DNA from: a bacterium
GTDB taxonomy: Bacteria > Hinthialibacterota > Hinthialibacteria > Hinthialibacterales > Hinthialibacteraceae
NCBI GenBank assembly: GCA_963663405.2
Contig: CAXXSM010000021.1
Location: forward strand, 1-64,000
Direction: 5' to 3'
DNA: 64,000 nt
The notes under the pieces were generated by a model that saw only the letters and a program-made list of their open reading frames with translations, was not told where the DNA came from and searched no databases. Positions 30,062 to 40,103 of the stretch are shown piece after piece (the stretch's first letter is position 1; each line of letters begins with the position of its first letter). Made by a program: the position numbers and the translations under genes.

Positions 30062-30260
30062 AGGATTTTCATGATTTTAAAATCAAGAGAATCAAGTTAA
30101 TCAGGCGAATCACGGTTCAGACAAAAGAGATCGAGTGTGTGATCGTCAGAACCCTGATGAAAAAGGATTAAAGGATTTTCATGATTACAAATCAAGTGAA
30201 TCAAGCAAATCAGGTAAAGGCCGCGCCAGCGGGCTGGCTTTTAAATCAAGGTTCAGACAA
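30034..30260. repeat. Two tandem palindromic units (30034-30124; 30143-30260 with 27-bp insert)
   Basis: Same consensus and same linker (AAGAGATC.AGTG) as the upstream pair. Confidence 0.9.
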
Positions 30261-30321
30261 AAAGAGATCAAGTCAATCATCATCAAATCATTAAGAAAAC
30301 ATGGTTCCGATTCAAAAGTTG

Positions 30322-30350
30322 TTGACAAGGTTCTATATTATCTTTATCAT
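30322..30350 (+). promoter_or_regulatory. Sigma70-type promoter TTGACA-N17-TATCAT
   Basis: Near-consensus hexamers, about 85 nt upstream of pilin ATG 30436. Confidence 0.55.
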
Positions 30351-30435
30351 TAAATCGATCATCGTAAAGAAATGGGGGAAAATTCCACGTTTTTCTAATC
30401 CTTTATTGGTAAAAAAAGAAAGCGGAATCTGTCTA

Positions 30436-31023
30436 ATGAATCCTAAACAATGCGCATTCACTTTGATTGAACTGCTGATCGTTGTCGCCATCATTGGGAT
30501 CTTGGCCGCCATTGCTGTCCCGAATTTTTTGAACGCGCAGTTGCGCGCGAAAATCGCCAAAGCGGAATCCGAAATTCGTAACATTGGTCTTGCGCTCGAG
30601 TCGTACCGGTTGGATCGAAATTATTACCCGCCCACAATGAATGAGAACGGCCAATGGAGAGAAATAAACAGTCACCGGCTGTACCCATTGACAACCCCCA
30701 TCGCCTACATGTCATCCATACCCATAGACCCATTCCTCTATGGTCCTCCGGGAACTCGGATCAATGACGAGCAAAGCACAAATTATGACACTTATGATTA
30801 CGTGGATATCTGGTCCCATTTTGCGTACGCTGGGATGACCATTGTTACACTGCCGTTTCGTTGTTGCGAATGGAAAGTAACGAGTTCTGGGCCGGATGCG
30901 ACGAATTCATGGGGCCGGGCGTATACATTCGATGTCTCGAACGGGCTTCGTAGCTGGGGGGATATTATCCGCACAGGCCCTCGTTCATCCCTGCCATGTG
31001 AAGATGAATATGTCGGGAAATGA
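30436..31023 (+). CDS. Type IV pilin/pseudopilin (N-methylation domain) protein
   Basis: A-FTLIELLIVVAIIGILAAIAVPNFLNAQ; LTTPIAY, DPF, SSGPD, FDVSNGLRSWGDI. Confidence 0.9.
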   Translation: MNPKQCAFTLIELLIVVAIIGILAAIAVPNFLNAQLRAKIAKAESEIRNIGLALESYRLDRNYYPPTMNENGQWREINSHRLYPLTTPIAYMSSIPIDPFLYGPPGTRINDEQSTNYDTYDYVDIWSHFAYAGMTIVTLPFRCCEWKVTSSGPDATNSWGRAYTFDVSNGLRSWGDIIRTGPRSSLPCEDEYVGK

Positions 31024-31039
31024 ATGATATGTTCGCAAC

Positions 31040-31080
31040 GGGCGCCAAGGGAAAGGCTTTTCCTTCTCTTGTGTTAATTC
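31040..31080. repeat. Half copy of family-B palindromic element
   Basis: GGGCGCCAAGGGAAAGGCTTTTCCTTCTCTTGTGTTAATTC resembles the left arm of 1960-2074. Confidence 0.55.
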
Positions 31081-31119
31081 GATAATCCTAATCTACGCTT
31101 CTCTAATCAAGTAATCCCA

Positions 31120-33505
31120 TCACGATCCAACCGCCTTAAGAATATAACTCTCGCCAGCGTCCGTTCGAAATTGGATCACACCCTTTTCGGGTGATTTGAC
31201 CGATATCGTTTTCCCGCCTGATGTGACGCGCAGGGGGACGCGGCTTCGGATTTGGACAGGCCAACCGAGTTTAGAGCGAAGTGTTGCGCGGGTGAGTTCG
31301 CCGTCTTTCCATTCGATATCCACTTCGAATCCGCCGCGGGCGCATAGACCGTGGATCGAGCCATCCGGCCACGCTTTGGGCAGTGCGGGCAACAGGTGAA
31401 TTTCACCGGCGTGGCTTTGCAGCAGCATTTCGGCGATTCCCGCCGTCCCGCCGTAATTGCCATCGATCTGGAAGGGGGGATGGTTGTCGAAGAGGTTTGT
31501 AAATGTCGATTTCCGAAGAAGCGCGAGGATGTTTTCATGAGCCAGATCGCCTTCTTCAAGCCGGGCCCAAAAGTTAATAATCCAAGCGCGGCTCCAGCCG
31601 GTATGACCTCCGCCGTTTTCGAGCCTGTATTCCATCGATTTTCGCGCCGCCGCCGCCATCTTGGGCGTTTCCCGGAGAGTGATCTGTTTTCCCGGATGAA
31701 GAGCGAAGAGATGTGAGAGATGACGGTGCCCCGGTTCCGGTTCCTCGAATTCTTCCGTCCATTCCATCAACCGCCCATCAGAACCAATTGTGGGAATCGC
31801 TAATCGATCCCGCATTGTTTTAAACCTGCTGCACGAACTCATCATCAATACTAAGAACGCGCGCCGCATCCAGACAATTCGTGAATAGATCCCACACGAT
31901 CTCCTGATCCATCGCGCATCCCATCGTCAGATACGAGACAACTCCGTCTTTGGCGCGGAACTGGTTTTCCGGAGATGTCGAAGGGCCGGAGACGAGTTTC
32001 CCGGTTTGGGGATCTTCGGTGAGAAAATCGAGGAAAAATTCGGCGCCTTCTTTCATGATGGGATACCCGCGCTGACGCAGGAACTCAATATCTCCCGTAT
32101 ATAAATAATGCTCCCATAAATGCTGACAGCTCCATGCGGCTCCCAGCGGCCACATACCATAAACCGCGTTTCCGATGGGTGAGGTCCAATACCACGCGTC
32201 GGTCGTATGGTGGGCGGTGAAGCCCCGGCAGCCATAGACATCCCGCGCGGTTTTCCGTCCACGCGGCCGCAGATTGTCGATCAAGTCAAAAAAGGGCTCA
32301 TGACATTCCGAAAGATTGCACATTTCGGCGGGCCAATAATTCATCTGGATATTGATATTAATGTGGTAATCCGCGTTCCACGGCGCGTCGATATGCTCGC
32401 TCCACAATCCCTGAAGGTTCGACGCCATACACCCAGGGCGGGAACAGCTGATTAGAAGATATCGTCCAAATTGGAAATACATCGCGATCAACTGTGGATC
32501 ATCCGCGCCTTCTTTTACTAATTGCAGCCGCTGGTCTACCGGTAAATCTAACTTGTCCTCTCCACCTAAATCGAATTTCACGCGGTGGAACAACCGCTGA
32601 TGTTCTTTGATATGCGCTTCCCGCAATGCTTTGTAAGTTTTTTTTGCAACCGCTTTTAATTCTCTTTTACTAATCGAATCGGGATCATCCCCTCGGTAAT
32701 CCGTAGCCGCCGTCAGGAACAAGGTAACCGCTCCGGCGTTTTTGATATGCAATCCAGATTCATCGGCGTATACCGTTCCATCATCTAGAACGGCTTGCAG
32801 CCGGGTCGTGAATTTTACACCTGCGTGTTGTTCTCCCTGATCGGCTTGCCCACGCATGATCAACAGGTCCGAACTATTCGGTCTAACCTCAGCGTGTTCG
32901 GACCGTGATAGATTGACATCGAATGTAAGGTAATTCGGCTTGTCGCAAGTCAAGCGTATCACAATCGCTTGATCCACCGGGCTGGAGAAGACTTCCCTTG
33001 TAAAAAGAGCGTCTCCTTGGCGATATATAACTTTCGCAATGGCGGTATCCAGATTTAATTCCCGCCGGTAATCTTCTATCCCCTTGTCATCTTTGAACAT
33101 AATCCACAGATCACCAAGTGTTTGATAACTGCGGGGGCTGATCCTCTCGCTCATGAATTCATCCTGCATGATCTTCTGGCCTTCGGCATATTTACCTTTG
33201 AAGATCAACCGGCGCGCTTCTACTAGATAGATGTACGCTCCTTTGCGATCCCGCTCCAGAGGGTGTCCCGCCCAGATTGTATCTTCATTGAGTTGAATTC
33301 GTTCGGTTTTTGTTCCCCCGAACACCATCGCTCCCAGCCGTCCATTCCCGATAGGAAGCGCTTCAACCCATTCAGATGCGGGTTGATTGTACCATAGTGT
33401 CAGTTCTGTTGATTCGCTTGAAAATGTGGAATGGGCCGGTATCCCATTAAAGGCAATGATAGATAACACTGTAACGAAAGATGAAACCATTGAACGATTC
33501 AACAT
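31120..33505 (-). CDS. GH95 alpha-L-fucosidase (single extra T near 31822 splits the ORF)
   Basis: [36 protein letters not shown]; HRHLSHL, GWSRAW, PFQIDGN. Confidence 0.9.
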
Positions 33506-33922
33506 CGTAATCTCCTAAATCGCTGGATTTGTCATTATTTCAGCCTTATTTTATAGGCGCTATTCCTTGGAATTCAATCCTCAGAGTTGAATTGAAGGTC
33601 TATGAATGGATGTATCTATAATGAATTACATGTAATACTTTTATACATAATGAATATTTACATTAAATTTTTCATATTAATATTATTGACATTTCCATAA
33701 ATGAGGGATATAGTAATAAATGGGTTTACTAGAATTAGTAAGAAACTCTTTCAAATTCGAGTAAAACTTTTCCATGAGCGCTATGGCGGCATGGATTTTA
33801 GAAGAACGCATTACTTCGTGGCACTTCAATTGTAATTTGAATAAGAAATTGGCGTACAGTTTTTTTAATAAAGATGACTTCGATTGAGGGGACGCTGCGT
33901 CAAGAACAGGAGGCGTTTTATC

Positions 33923-34468
33923 ATGTTTCCATTCAAAAAAAAATCCAGCGTGAAGATGACGAAAGTACAAATACATACCGAAAAGGAAGCGGTTCGAATT
34001 CTTACGCAAGCGCAGAAGTTGTTGGAAGAAGGCGATCAATACGTACATGAAGCGCAGAGACTGCGGTACGAAGTGACTCATGAATTACTCCCCCCCCAGC
34101 GGATGTATATCTTACGGAAACATCCCCGAAGTTTGCTTCTCGATGTCGATCGGAGAATTCAACATGCCCATATCCGCAATCTGCGGGAGGGGAAGAGCGT
34201 TGGCCAATATGGGACATTCTACCCAGCCGGCGCCATGAATCCGGTTAAACAAGAAAATCCTGTTCGCCAGAAATCGACATTAAAAGAAACAAAGAAAAAA
34301 TACGCCGGCCGGTATGGCACGATGGCCGAGACCGTTCAAAAACAGTTTCAATCGACGATAATATGGTATTCCATCTTATCGCTTCTTTTCGTGCTGTCTC
34401 TCTTTTATCTGCAGCAGTATTTGGCCTCGAATGATTTCCAACGCGCGTTCATGTGGTTATACCGTTGA
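33923..34468 (+). CDS. Hypothetical protein with C-terminal membrane anchor
   Basis: AGGAGG RBS; one hydrophobic segment near the C-terminus. Confidence 0.55.
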   Translation: MFPFKKKSSVKMTKVQIHTEKEAVRILTQAQKLLEEGDQYVHEAQRLRYEVTHELLPPQRMYILRKHPRSLLLDVDRRIQHAHIRNLREGKSVGQYGTFYPAGAMNPVKQENPVRQKSTLKETKKKYAGRYGTMAETVQKQFQSTIIWYSILSLLFVLSLFYLQQYLASNDFQRAFMWLYR

Positions 34469-34681
34469 TCAAAACATCCTCGAAATCGTTTCTCCTTCTA
34501 TACCCCGTCAGATTATAGACTCAGCGTTACTATTCAGACAATTGCGTATCAATTGATATACACTCCATGTCGCATATTCCATATCCCCCATTTTGAATCC
34601 ATCGATCTTTCCTTGCTCTCCTGGATTTTATTCTATATAGTATGAATCGGCGAACGTATCACAATATCGGGAGGTTTTATT

Positions 34682-36031
34682 ATGGGCCAACAAAAGGATG
34701 TTGAGCGTAGAACGTTTTTGAAAGCGGCGGCATCAAGTGGAGCGATGGTGGGATTGATTGGGATGACGGGACCGGCTTCCGCAAGGCCGTTGGGGGCCAA
34801 CGACCGGATCAACACAGGGCATATCGGTGTCGGCGGGCAGGGATTCAGCCTGTTGCGGCGAGTCGTGAAACGGGTGGAAGAAGAGAAAGACGTTCAAATC
34901 GTCGCGGTCTGCGATCTGTATAACCGGCGGAAAAAACGGGCGCAGGATCAGGCGAATTTGGATGATTCCGGCGTGTATCACGATTACAAGGAATTGCTCG
35001 AACGGGATGACATCGACGCGGTCTTTATCGCTACGCCCGATCATTGGCACGCTCCCATCGCCATTGATTCGATGAAAGCGGGCAAGGATATCTATCTGGA
35101 AAAACCGATGACCCACACCGTCGAAGAAGCGAAGAAAGTCTACCAGGCGTCGCTTAAATATGGGCGAATCCACCAGGGCGGCGCCAGCGGCGCTTCCAGC
35201 CCGTGGTGCTGGGCGGCGAAAGACGCGATCGCGCAGGGATTGATCGGAAAAGTGATCTGGAGTCAAACCTCCTATTCCCGCAACAATCCCAACGGGGAAT
35301 GGAACTGGTCCATCGACAAAGGCGCTGGTCCTGAGGCGTCCGGAGATGATTACGTAGATTGGAAATTCTGGCTGGGCTCCGCAAAAAAACGTTCCTGGTC
35401 ACCCGACCGCTTTTTCCGGTTCCGAAAATTCTGGGATTATTCCGGCGGTATCGCGACGGATTTGATGTATCACCGGCTCACTCCCCTCCATATCGCCTTC
35501 GGCCCTGATTTCCCGAAACGGGTTTCCGGCACGGGTGGCGTTTGGTACTGCAAAGATGTGATTGATCCTACCACCGGAGAACCGGATACGCGGGAAGTGC
35601 CGGATACGTTCACTCTCTGCGCCGATTACTGGGCAAAACATTCGGTCAATATTCCCTCGTCGATGGTGAATGATACGGGTGTGCCGGAAATCATCCGGGG
35701 CAACAAAGCCGATCTCTATCCCGCGTCACAGGATCGAAAACCGGGAATCCGGATCGTTGCGCAGAGACCGTTCGAGAAAGAATTTGTTGATCGGCATGGA
35801 GATAAAGAAATCTTCATCGAAGCGGCTCCGCGTGAGGATCATATGAGCAATTTCTTTTCCTGCATGAGAACACGCGAACAACCGGCTTTGAACGCGCATA
35901 CCGCGTATCAGGTCATGTGCGCCATCGGTATGAGCGTTGAATCCTACAAAAAGGGCCGTCATCTCTATTTCGACCAGAAAAAAGAGCGCGTGACAACAAG
36001 ACCGTTAAATGACATGGTTGACTATTTGTAA
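34682..36031 (+). CDS. Tat-exported Gfo/Idh/MocA oxidoreductase
   Basis: ERRTFLK Tat motif; IGVGGQG, ATPDHWH, GKDIYLEKP. Confidence 0.92.
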   Translation: MGQQKDVERRTFLKAAASSGAMVGLIGMTGPASARPLGANDRINTGHIGVGGQGFSLLRRVVKRVEEEKDVQIVAVCDLYNRRKKRAQDQANLDDSGVYHDYKELLERDDIDAVFIATPDHWHAPIAIDSMKAGKDIYLEKPMTHTVEEAKKVYQASLKYGRIHQGGASGASSPWCWAAKDAIAQGLIGKVIWSQTSYSRNNPNGEWNWSIDKGAGPEASGDDYVDWKFWLGSAKKRSWSPDRFFRFRKFWDYSGGIATDLMYHRLTPLHIAFGPDFPKRVSGTGGVWYCKDVIDPTTGEPDTREVPDTFTLCADYWAKHSVNIPSSMVNDTGVPEIIRGNKADLYPASQDRKPGIRIVAQRPFEKEFVDRHGDKEIFIEAAPREDHMSNFFSCMRTREQPALNAHTAYQVMCAIGMSVESYKKGRHLYFDQKKERVTTRPLNDMVDYL

Positions 36032-36179
36032 TCAAGAAGGGCCTTCTTTTAAAGGCAAATTTCTTCAGTCAGGGTAAATTGATGGAGGGTTGAACATCGA
36101 TGAATCCGCTCATTCCTGCTCCGGCGTCTATGCCCGCGTCAAACCGCTGACCATATCCTAATCAAAGAAAGTCACGATC

Positions 36180-39100
36180 GTGATGAGATATATCTTTGAA
36201 AACATAATGTTCGTTTTGATTGTGGTAATTCCGCTCTTGCTTGTATTGATCGGTTCGATTTGTGGACTCATTTGCATGTTCCATTTAAGAGGTTTGATGA
36301 AGCGGTTGGGGGATATCGAATCGAACCTTTCCATTCTCAAACTAAAATTATATAAATTATCCAAAGCGGAGAAAGTAGAAGAGAGTTTCTCAAAACCGGC
36401 GCCCGGTCCAAAATCAAAACCCGCTGTATTTGTTGTGGATGAATCGGCATTTCAACAACCTGTCAAAATAACGGAGGCCTTCGATTCGAAACCAAAAACT
36501 CCGGGTGAGGAAGCAAAACATAAACCGGAGATCGAGGAAGAGGAAATCCCGGTTGCAAGTCCACCCGATTCCGAAATTTCGTTTGATCTCCCAACGGACA
36601 GGGAATCCACTTCTGACACGCAAGACGAACCGGTTGATTTAGAGACACAGATTGGAACGGTCTGGTTTAACCGGATTGGTCTAACTTTTTTGATCATTTC
36701 TTTTTCATTTCTTGTGGGATATATACATCCCATGTTGAACGCATGGCAAAAAACAGGGATCGGTTATCTCGTCTCGGGTTTGTTATTTTGCGTAGGCTTA
36801 TTTTTTGATAAACAATTGAAGATTTTCTCCCGCCCACTCATGGCGGGCGCTTTAGCGCTGGCGTTTTATACATCGTTCGCCGCCCATTTTCTGCCGGTCA
36901 TGGCTTGCATAAGTTTATGGAACTCACTTTTGTTAATGACGGCCTTTATTATTGGAATTCTGATCTGCGCGGAGTGGTGGAAATCCGAATCGACGGCGGG
37001 TTTGGCGATTTTTCTTGGCCACGTGGCGGCCTATACGGCGGGGGGAACCGCGGATTCTTATTCCCTTGTGGCAATTCTATTTTTAAGCGCCGCCGCTGTA
37101 TGTCTCTTTCTACGACACAATTGGGCGCCGCTGAGCTGGGGATCGGTCTGCGCCGCTTATGTATCTCACACGTTATGGTTAACACAGAGTCATGTTGAAG
37201 CGCCCCCAGAAACCGCGTTTTGGTTCAACTTCGTATTTCTCACTTCCTATTATATGATCTTCCTGAGTGGCGATGTAATCTATCAATCCCGGATTCATCG
37301 ATTCAGTAAAGAAGCCTTGTCTGCTTGGCGCCGGTACGCTGGACATTCAATCGGCGCCGTCTCATTACTGTTCTACGTTACCCTGGTCTCTGTATTGTTC
37401 TATACCACGGAAGTGTACTGGGATCGTATCCATTATTATTTTATCCCCCTCGCGGTTGGACAAACCATTCTGTTTTTTTTCTTTCAAAAGCGGAATCCCA
37501 TCAACGCCGCTTTGTATTTGGGCATGGGAACCATTTTCTTAACATTGGGATTCTTTTCGTGGATTGGTGGTTTGACCTTAAATATCATTTTGGCTGTGGA
37601 AGCGATTCTGTTATTACTCCTCTCTCAAAAATGCGATCTCTGGATTCTCTATCCATTCGCGCAAGTTGTGTTAATTGTGAACTTCATCCACTTCTGGAAT
37701 TCGGACGCCCGGTTGGTGAACGCATGGCCGGATTATTTAGGCGGATCATTGACCGCGTTGATCTATTTCATCCAATCCAGGATCGAAGAAAAATGGCGAT
37801 CGAATCCCCGTTCCGGCGTTGATACGGAATCCAAATGGATTGAATCGATTCGAGTTTTCCAGACACGGATATCGGCGCCGCTGGCGTATATCCATGCGTT
37901 GGCCGGCGCGTGTTTGATCGCGTATCAAACAAATCATTTCTTCGCGGCGCCGTGGGAGGAAACTGTCCTTGTTACTTATACGGCGGTGGCTCTAGTCTTT
38001 CTCTTCCGGTTTTCGAGCCGGCCTTTGGCTCTTGCTATCTGCGTAATTCAGGTGAGTCTCATTCTCCTCTTTTTACGGATGGAAGAGCAAGTGATCCCCT
38101 TAATTCCGTGGTTAATGGATTGGAGTGTGATCACATTTGTCACAGCTTGTGGTTTCGTAACATTGATGATGGGATTCCACCGGAACAGCCCTTTGTTTTT
38201 CTGGGTGGGATTGGTGTTGATGTTCGTAACAATCCCCATGATATGGCCTGTTCTCAAACCGGTGGATGAGGGATATTGGCGGATTCCGGTTTGGGGCGCG
38301 GCGCCACTCATTTTCTGGTTGTCCTCGTATTACTTGGAAAAATGGAACGCCGGGATGAACTGGACATTCAAACCGGATCGATGGGAGGGACTGGAACGAT
38401 TTGTGTGTGATCATGCGGAGGCGGTTGCGCATGGAGCCGCCATTATCGCCGCAGCCCTGACTATTCGAATTATTGTCGAGATCACACCAGATTGGGGACA
38501 GTCGATAGGGTTCTTGTCTTGGTTCACATATCCCCTTCTGTTTGTCACGGTTTGGCGCAAGAGTCCAGTTCTGGTTACGGGTATATTCACTCATCTCATT
38601 ATCCACGCGATCGTCTTCACTATTTATAACTTATTTGAAATATCCACCGCGAATTTGCTGTGGTGGACATTTTCGGGGATTGTTGTGTCAGCGAGTGTTT
38701 TAACACTCGCTGCAACATCGGCCAGACACCATGCGTTCATACTCGGTGGGATGTTCTTGCTATTTACCGCTTATGGGTTTCTGTTGATTCACATTCTTAT
38801 CAACCGGATGGCGTTCGATCCTTATTTCTGTTGGATGATCGCGATGGTTGGCTTGTGGATACCGATTGAAACACTGCGCATGACATTTTCAACGCCGCCT
38901 ATGCGGAACTCCGATTGGCGCGAACATTATAGTCTGCAATGGCTGATGAATGACAGTTCCTTTTTCTGCATTTTTCTATCCGTGATTTCCGCGTTCTTCT
39001 TATCGGTAGTCACGGCCTGTTATACAGATTCCACACAGACAATCCTATGGTTGTCTTTCTTCTATATTTTCTTATCCGGCGCCGTTGCGATCTTTTTAAA

Positions 39101-40001
39101 AAGCGCGCCGTTGGGATGGGCGCCGGTAATTTTCCTTTCATACACCCATTTGATGGTTTATCGAAGCGCTTCTGGATCGGACAGCGCGTTTCTCTATCCA
39201 GTTGAATTGATTGCTCTGATCGCTATCACTCTCGTGACCGGTGGAATTATAGAACGAATTTTCACAACGCAAAAACTTAAAAGCCCTGATGATAAAAACG
39301 AATTCATCGCATCCGGTTTCACCTACTTATACCTGTTGACATTCACGTTAAGTGGATTCTTTTTTTACAGCAAAGGTGTCGAACTGCTTGCGATCAAATC
39401 CTTTGTGTTTCCAATCCTTGCGCTTTTTGCGCTCCTCGTGTTAGCTATGGGGATAGGACAAAAACTGGTAGGGATGCAGCTGTCCGCTTATGGATTTTTC
39501 CTGTTGTGGGTAATTCCTTTCACGGTTGTTCAATCCATCCTGGACGCACGCTTCCTAACTTTACTTTTCTGTTCTGGCATTGTTATACTCGCGCAGTGTA
39601 TTCTCTTGGAACGGATTCTGACCATGAAATCCAATCTCATTGCAGAAACACTTGATTCACAATCGTTAAACTATCTTCGCTGGATTCTCGTCATTGCGGG
39701 CAGTGTGACGATGATGATCTCGACTATGTTTTCCGAAGAGATTCGTGGGTATTTCACAACGGTTTGTTGGAGTCTATTGGCTTTTGGATTGGTGACTCCC
39801 GGATTTTATTGGAACGAATCAATCTATCGTCGGACAGGATTCACGCTGTTTCTTATTTCCATTCTCCGAATCATGCTGGTCGATCTCCGGGATTTAGAAA
39901 CAATATACCGGATTATGGCGTTTATGGGATTGGGGGGTCTGCTGATTGCGGTTTCGTTTCTCTATTCGCGATATCGGAAAGATATTGAACGCTGGTTATA
40001 A
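36180..40001 (+). CDS. Large polytopic membrane protein, DUF2339-like
   Basis: LETQIG..WFNRIG; many TM helices; C-terminal D...L..IYRIMAFMGLGGLLI.VSFLY. Confidence 0.8.
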   Translation: MMRYIFENIMFVLIVVIPLLLVLIGSICGLICMFHLRGLMKRLGDIESNLSILKLKLYKLSKAEKVEESFSKPAPGPKSKPAVFVVDESAFQQPVKITEAFDSKPKTPGEEAKHKPEIEEEEIPVASPPDSEISFDLPTDRESTSDTQDEPVDLETQIGTVWFNRIGLTFLIISFSFLVGYIHPMLNAWQKTGIGYLVSGLLFCVGLFFDKQLKIFSRPLMAGALALAFYTSFAAHFLPVMACISLWNSLLLMTAFIIGILICAEWWKSESTAGLAIFLGHVAAYTAGGTADSYSLVAILFLSAAAVCLFLRHNWAPLSWGSVCAAYVSHTLWLTQSHVEAPPETAFWFNFVFLTSYYMIFLSGDVIYQSRIHRFSKEALSAWRRYAGHSIGAVSLLFYVTLVSVLFYTTEVYWDRIHYYFIPLAVGQTILFFFFQKRNPINAALYLGMGTIFLTLGFFSWIGGLTLNIILAVEAILLLLLSQKCDLWILYPFAQVVLIVNFIHFWNSDARLVNAWPDYLGGSLTALIYFIQSRIEEKWRSNPRSGVDTESKWIESIRVFQTRISAPLAYIHALAGACLIAYQTNHFFAAPWEETVLVTYTAVALVFLFRFSSRPLALAICVIQVSLILLFLRMEEQVIPLIPWLMDWSVITFVTACGFVTLMMGFHRNSPLFFWVGLVLMFVTIPMIWPVLKPVDEGYWRIPVWGAAPLIFWLSSYYLEKWNAGMNWTFKPDRWEGLERFVCDHAEAVAHGAAIIAAALTIRIIVEITPDWGQSIGFLSWFTYPLLFVTVWRKSPVLVTGIFTHLIIHAIVFTIYNLFEISTANLLWWTFSGIVVSASVLTLAATSARHHAFILGGMFLLFTAYGFLLIHILINRMAFDPYFCWMIAMVGLWIPIETLRMTFSTPPMRNSDWREHYSLQWLMNDSSFFCIFLSVISAFFLSVVTACYTDSTQTILWLSFFYIFLSGAVAIFLKSAPLGWAPVIFLSYTHLMVYRSASGSDSAFLYPVELIALIAITLVTGGIIERIFTTQKLKSPDDKNEFIASGFTYLYLLTFTLSGFFFYSKGVELLAIKSFVFPILALFALLVLAMGIGQKLVGMQLSAYGFFLLWVIPFTVVQSILDARFLTLLFCSGIVILAQCILLERILTMKSNLIAETLDSQSLNYLRWILVIAGSVTMMISTMFSEEIRGYFTTVCWSLLAFGLVTPGFYWNESIYRRTGFTLFLISILRIMLVDLRDLETIYRIMAFMGLGGLLIAVSFLYSRYRKDIERWL

Positions 40002-40103
40002 AACTGAGATACCAGTGTTTTTTGGGCTAAACTGGTCGTTGGAACATTTTGGATTTCCTATCATGACGCATTTAATAGAATTCAATTTGATGGAGGCGCG
40101 ATT

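Noticed and set aside
29421-30260. CRISPR array interpretation of the repeats
   Set aside because: Units are 91 bp, linkers are short and conserved rather than unique spacers, and no cas genes are present.
30135-30435. 72-aa ORF at 30135 and the N-terminal extension of the pilin from 30301
   Set aside because: The first is translated repeat sequence. The second spans a sigma70-like promoter, and the short prepilin leader starts at 30436.
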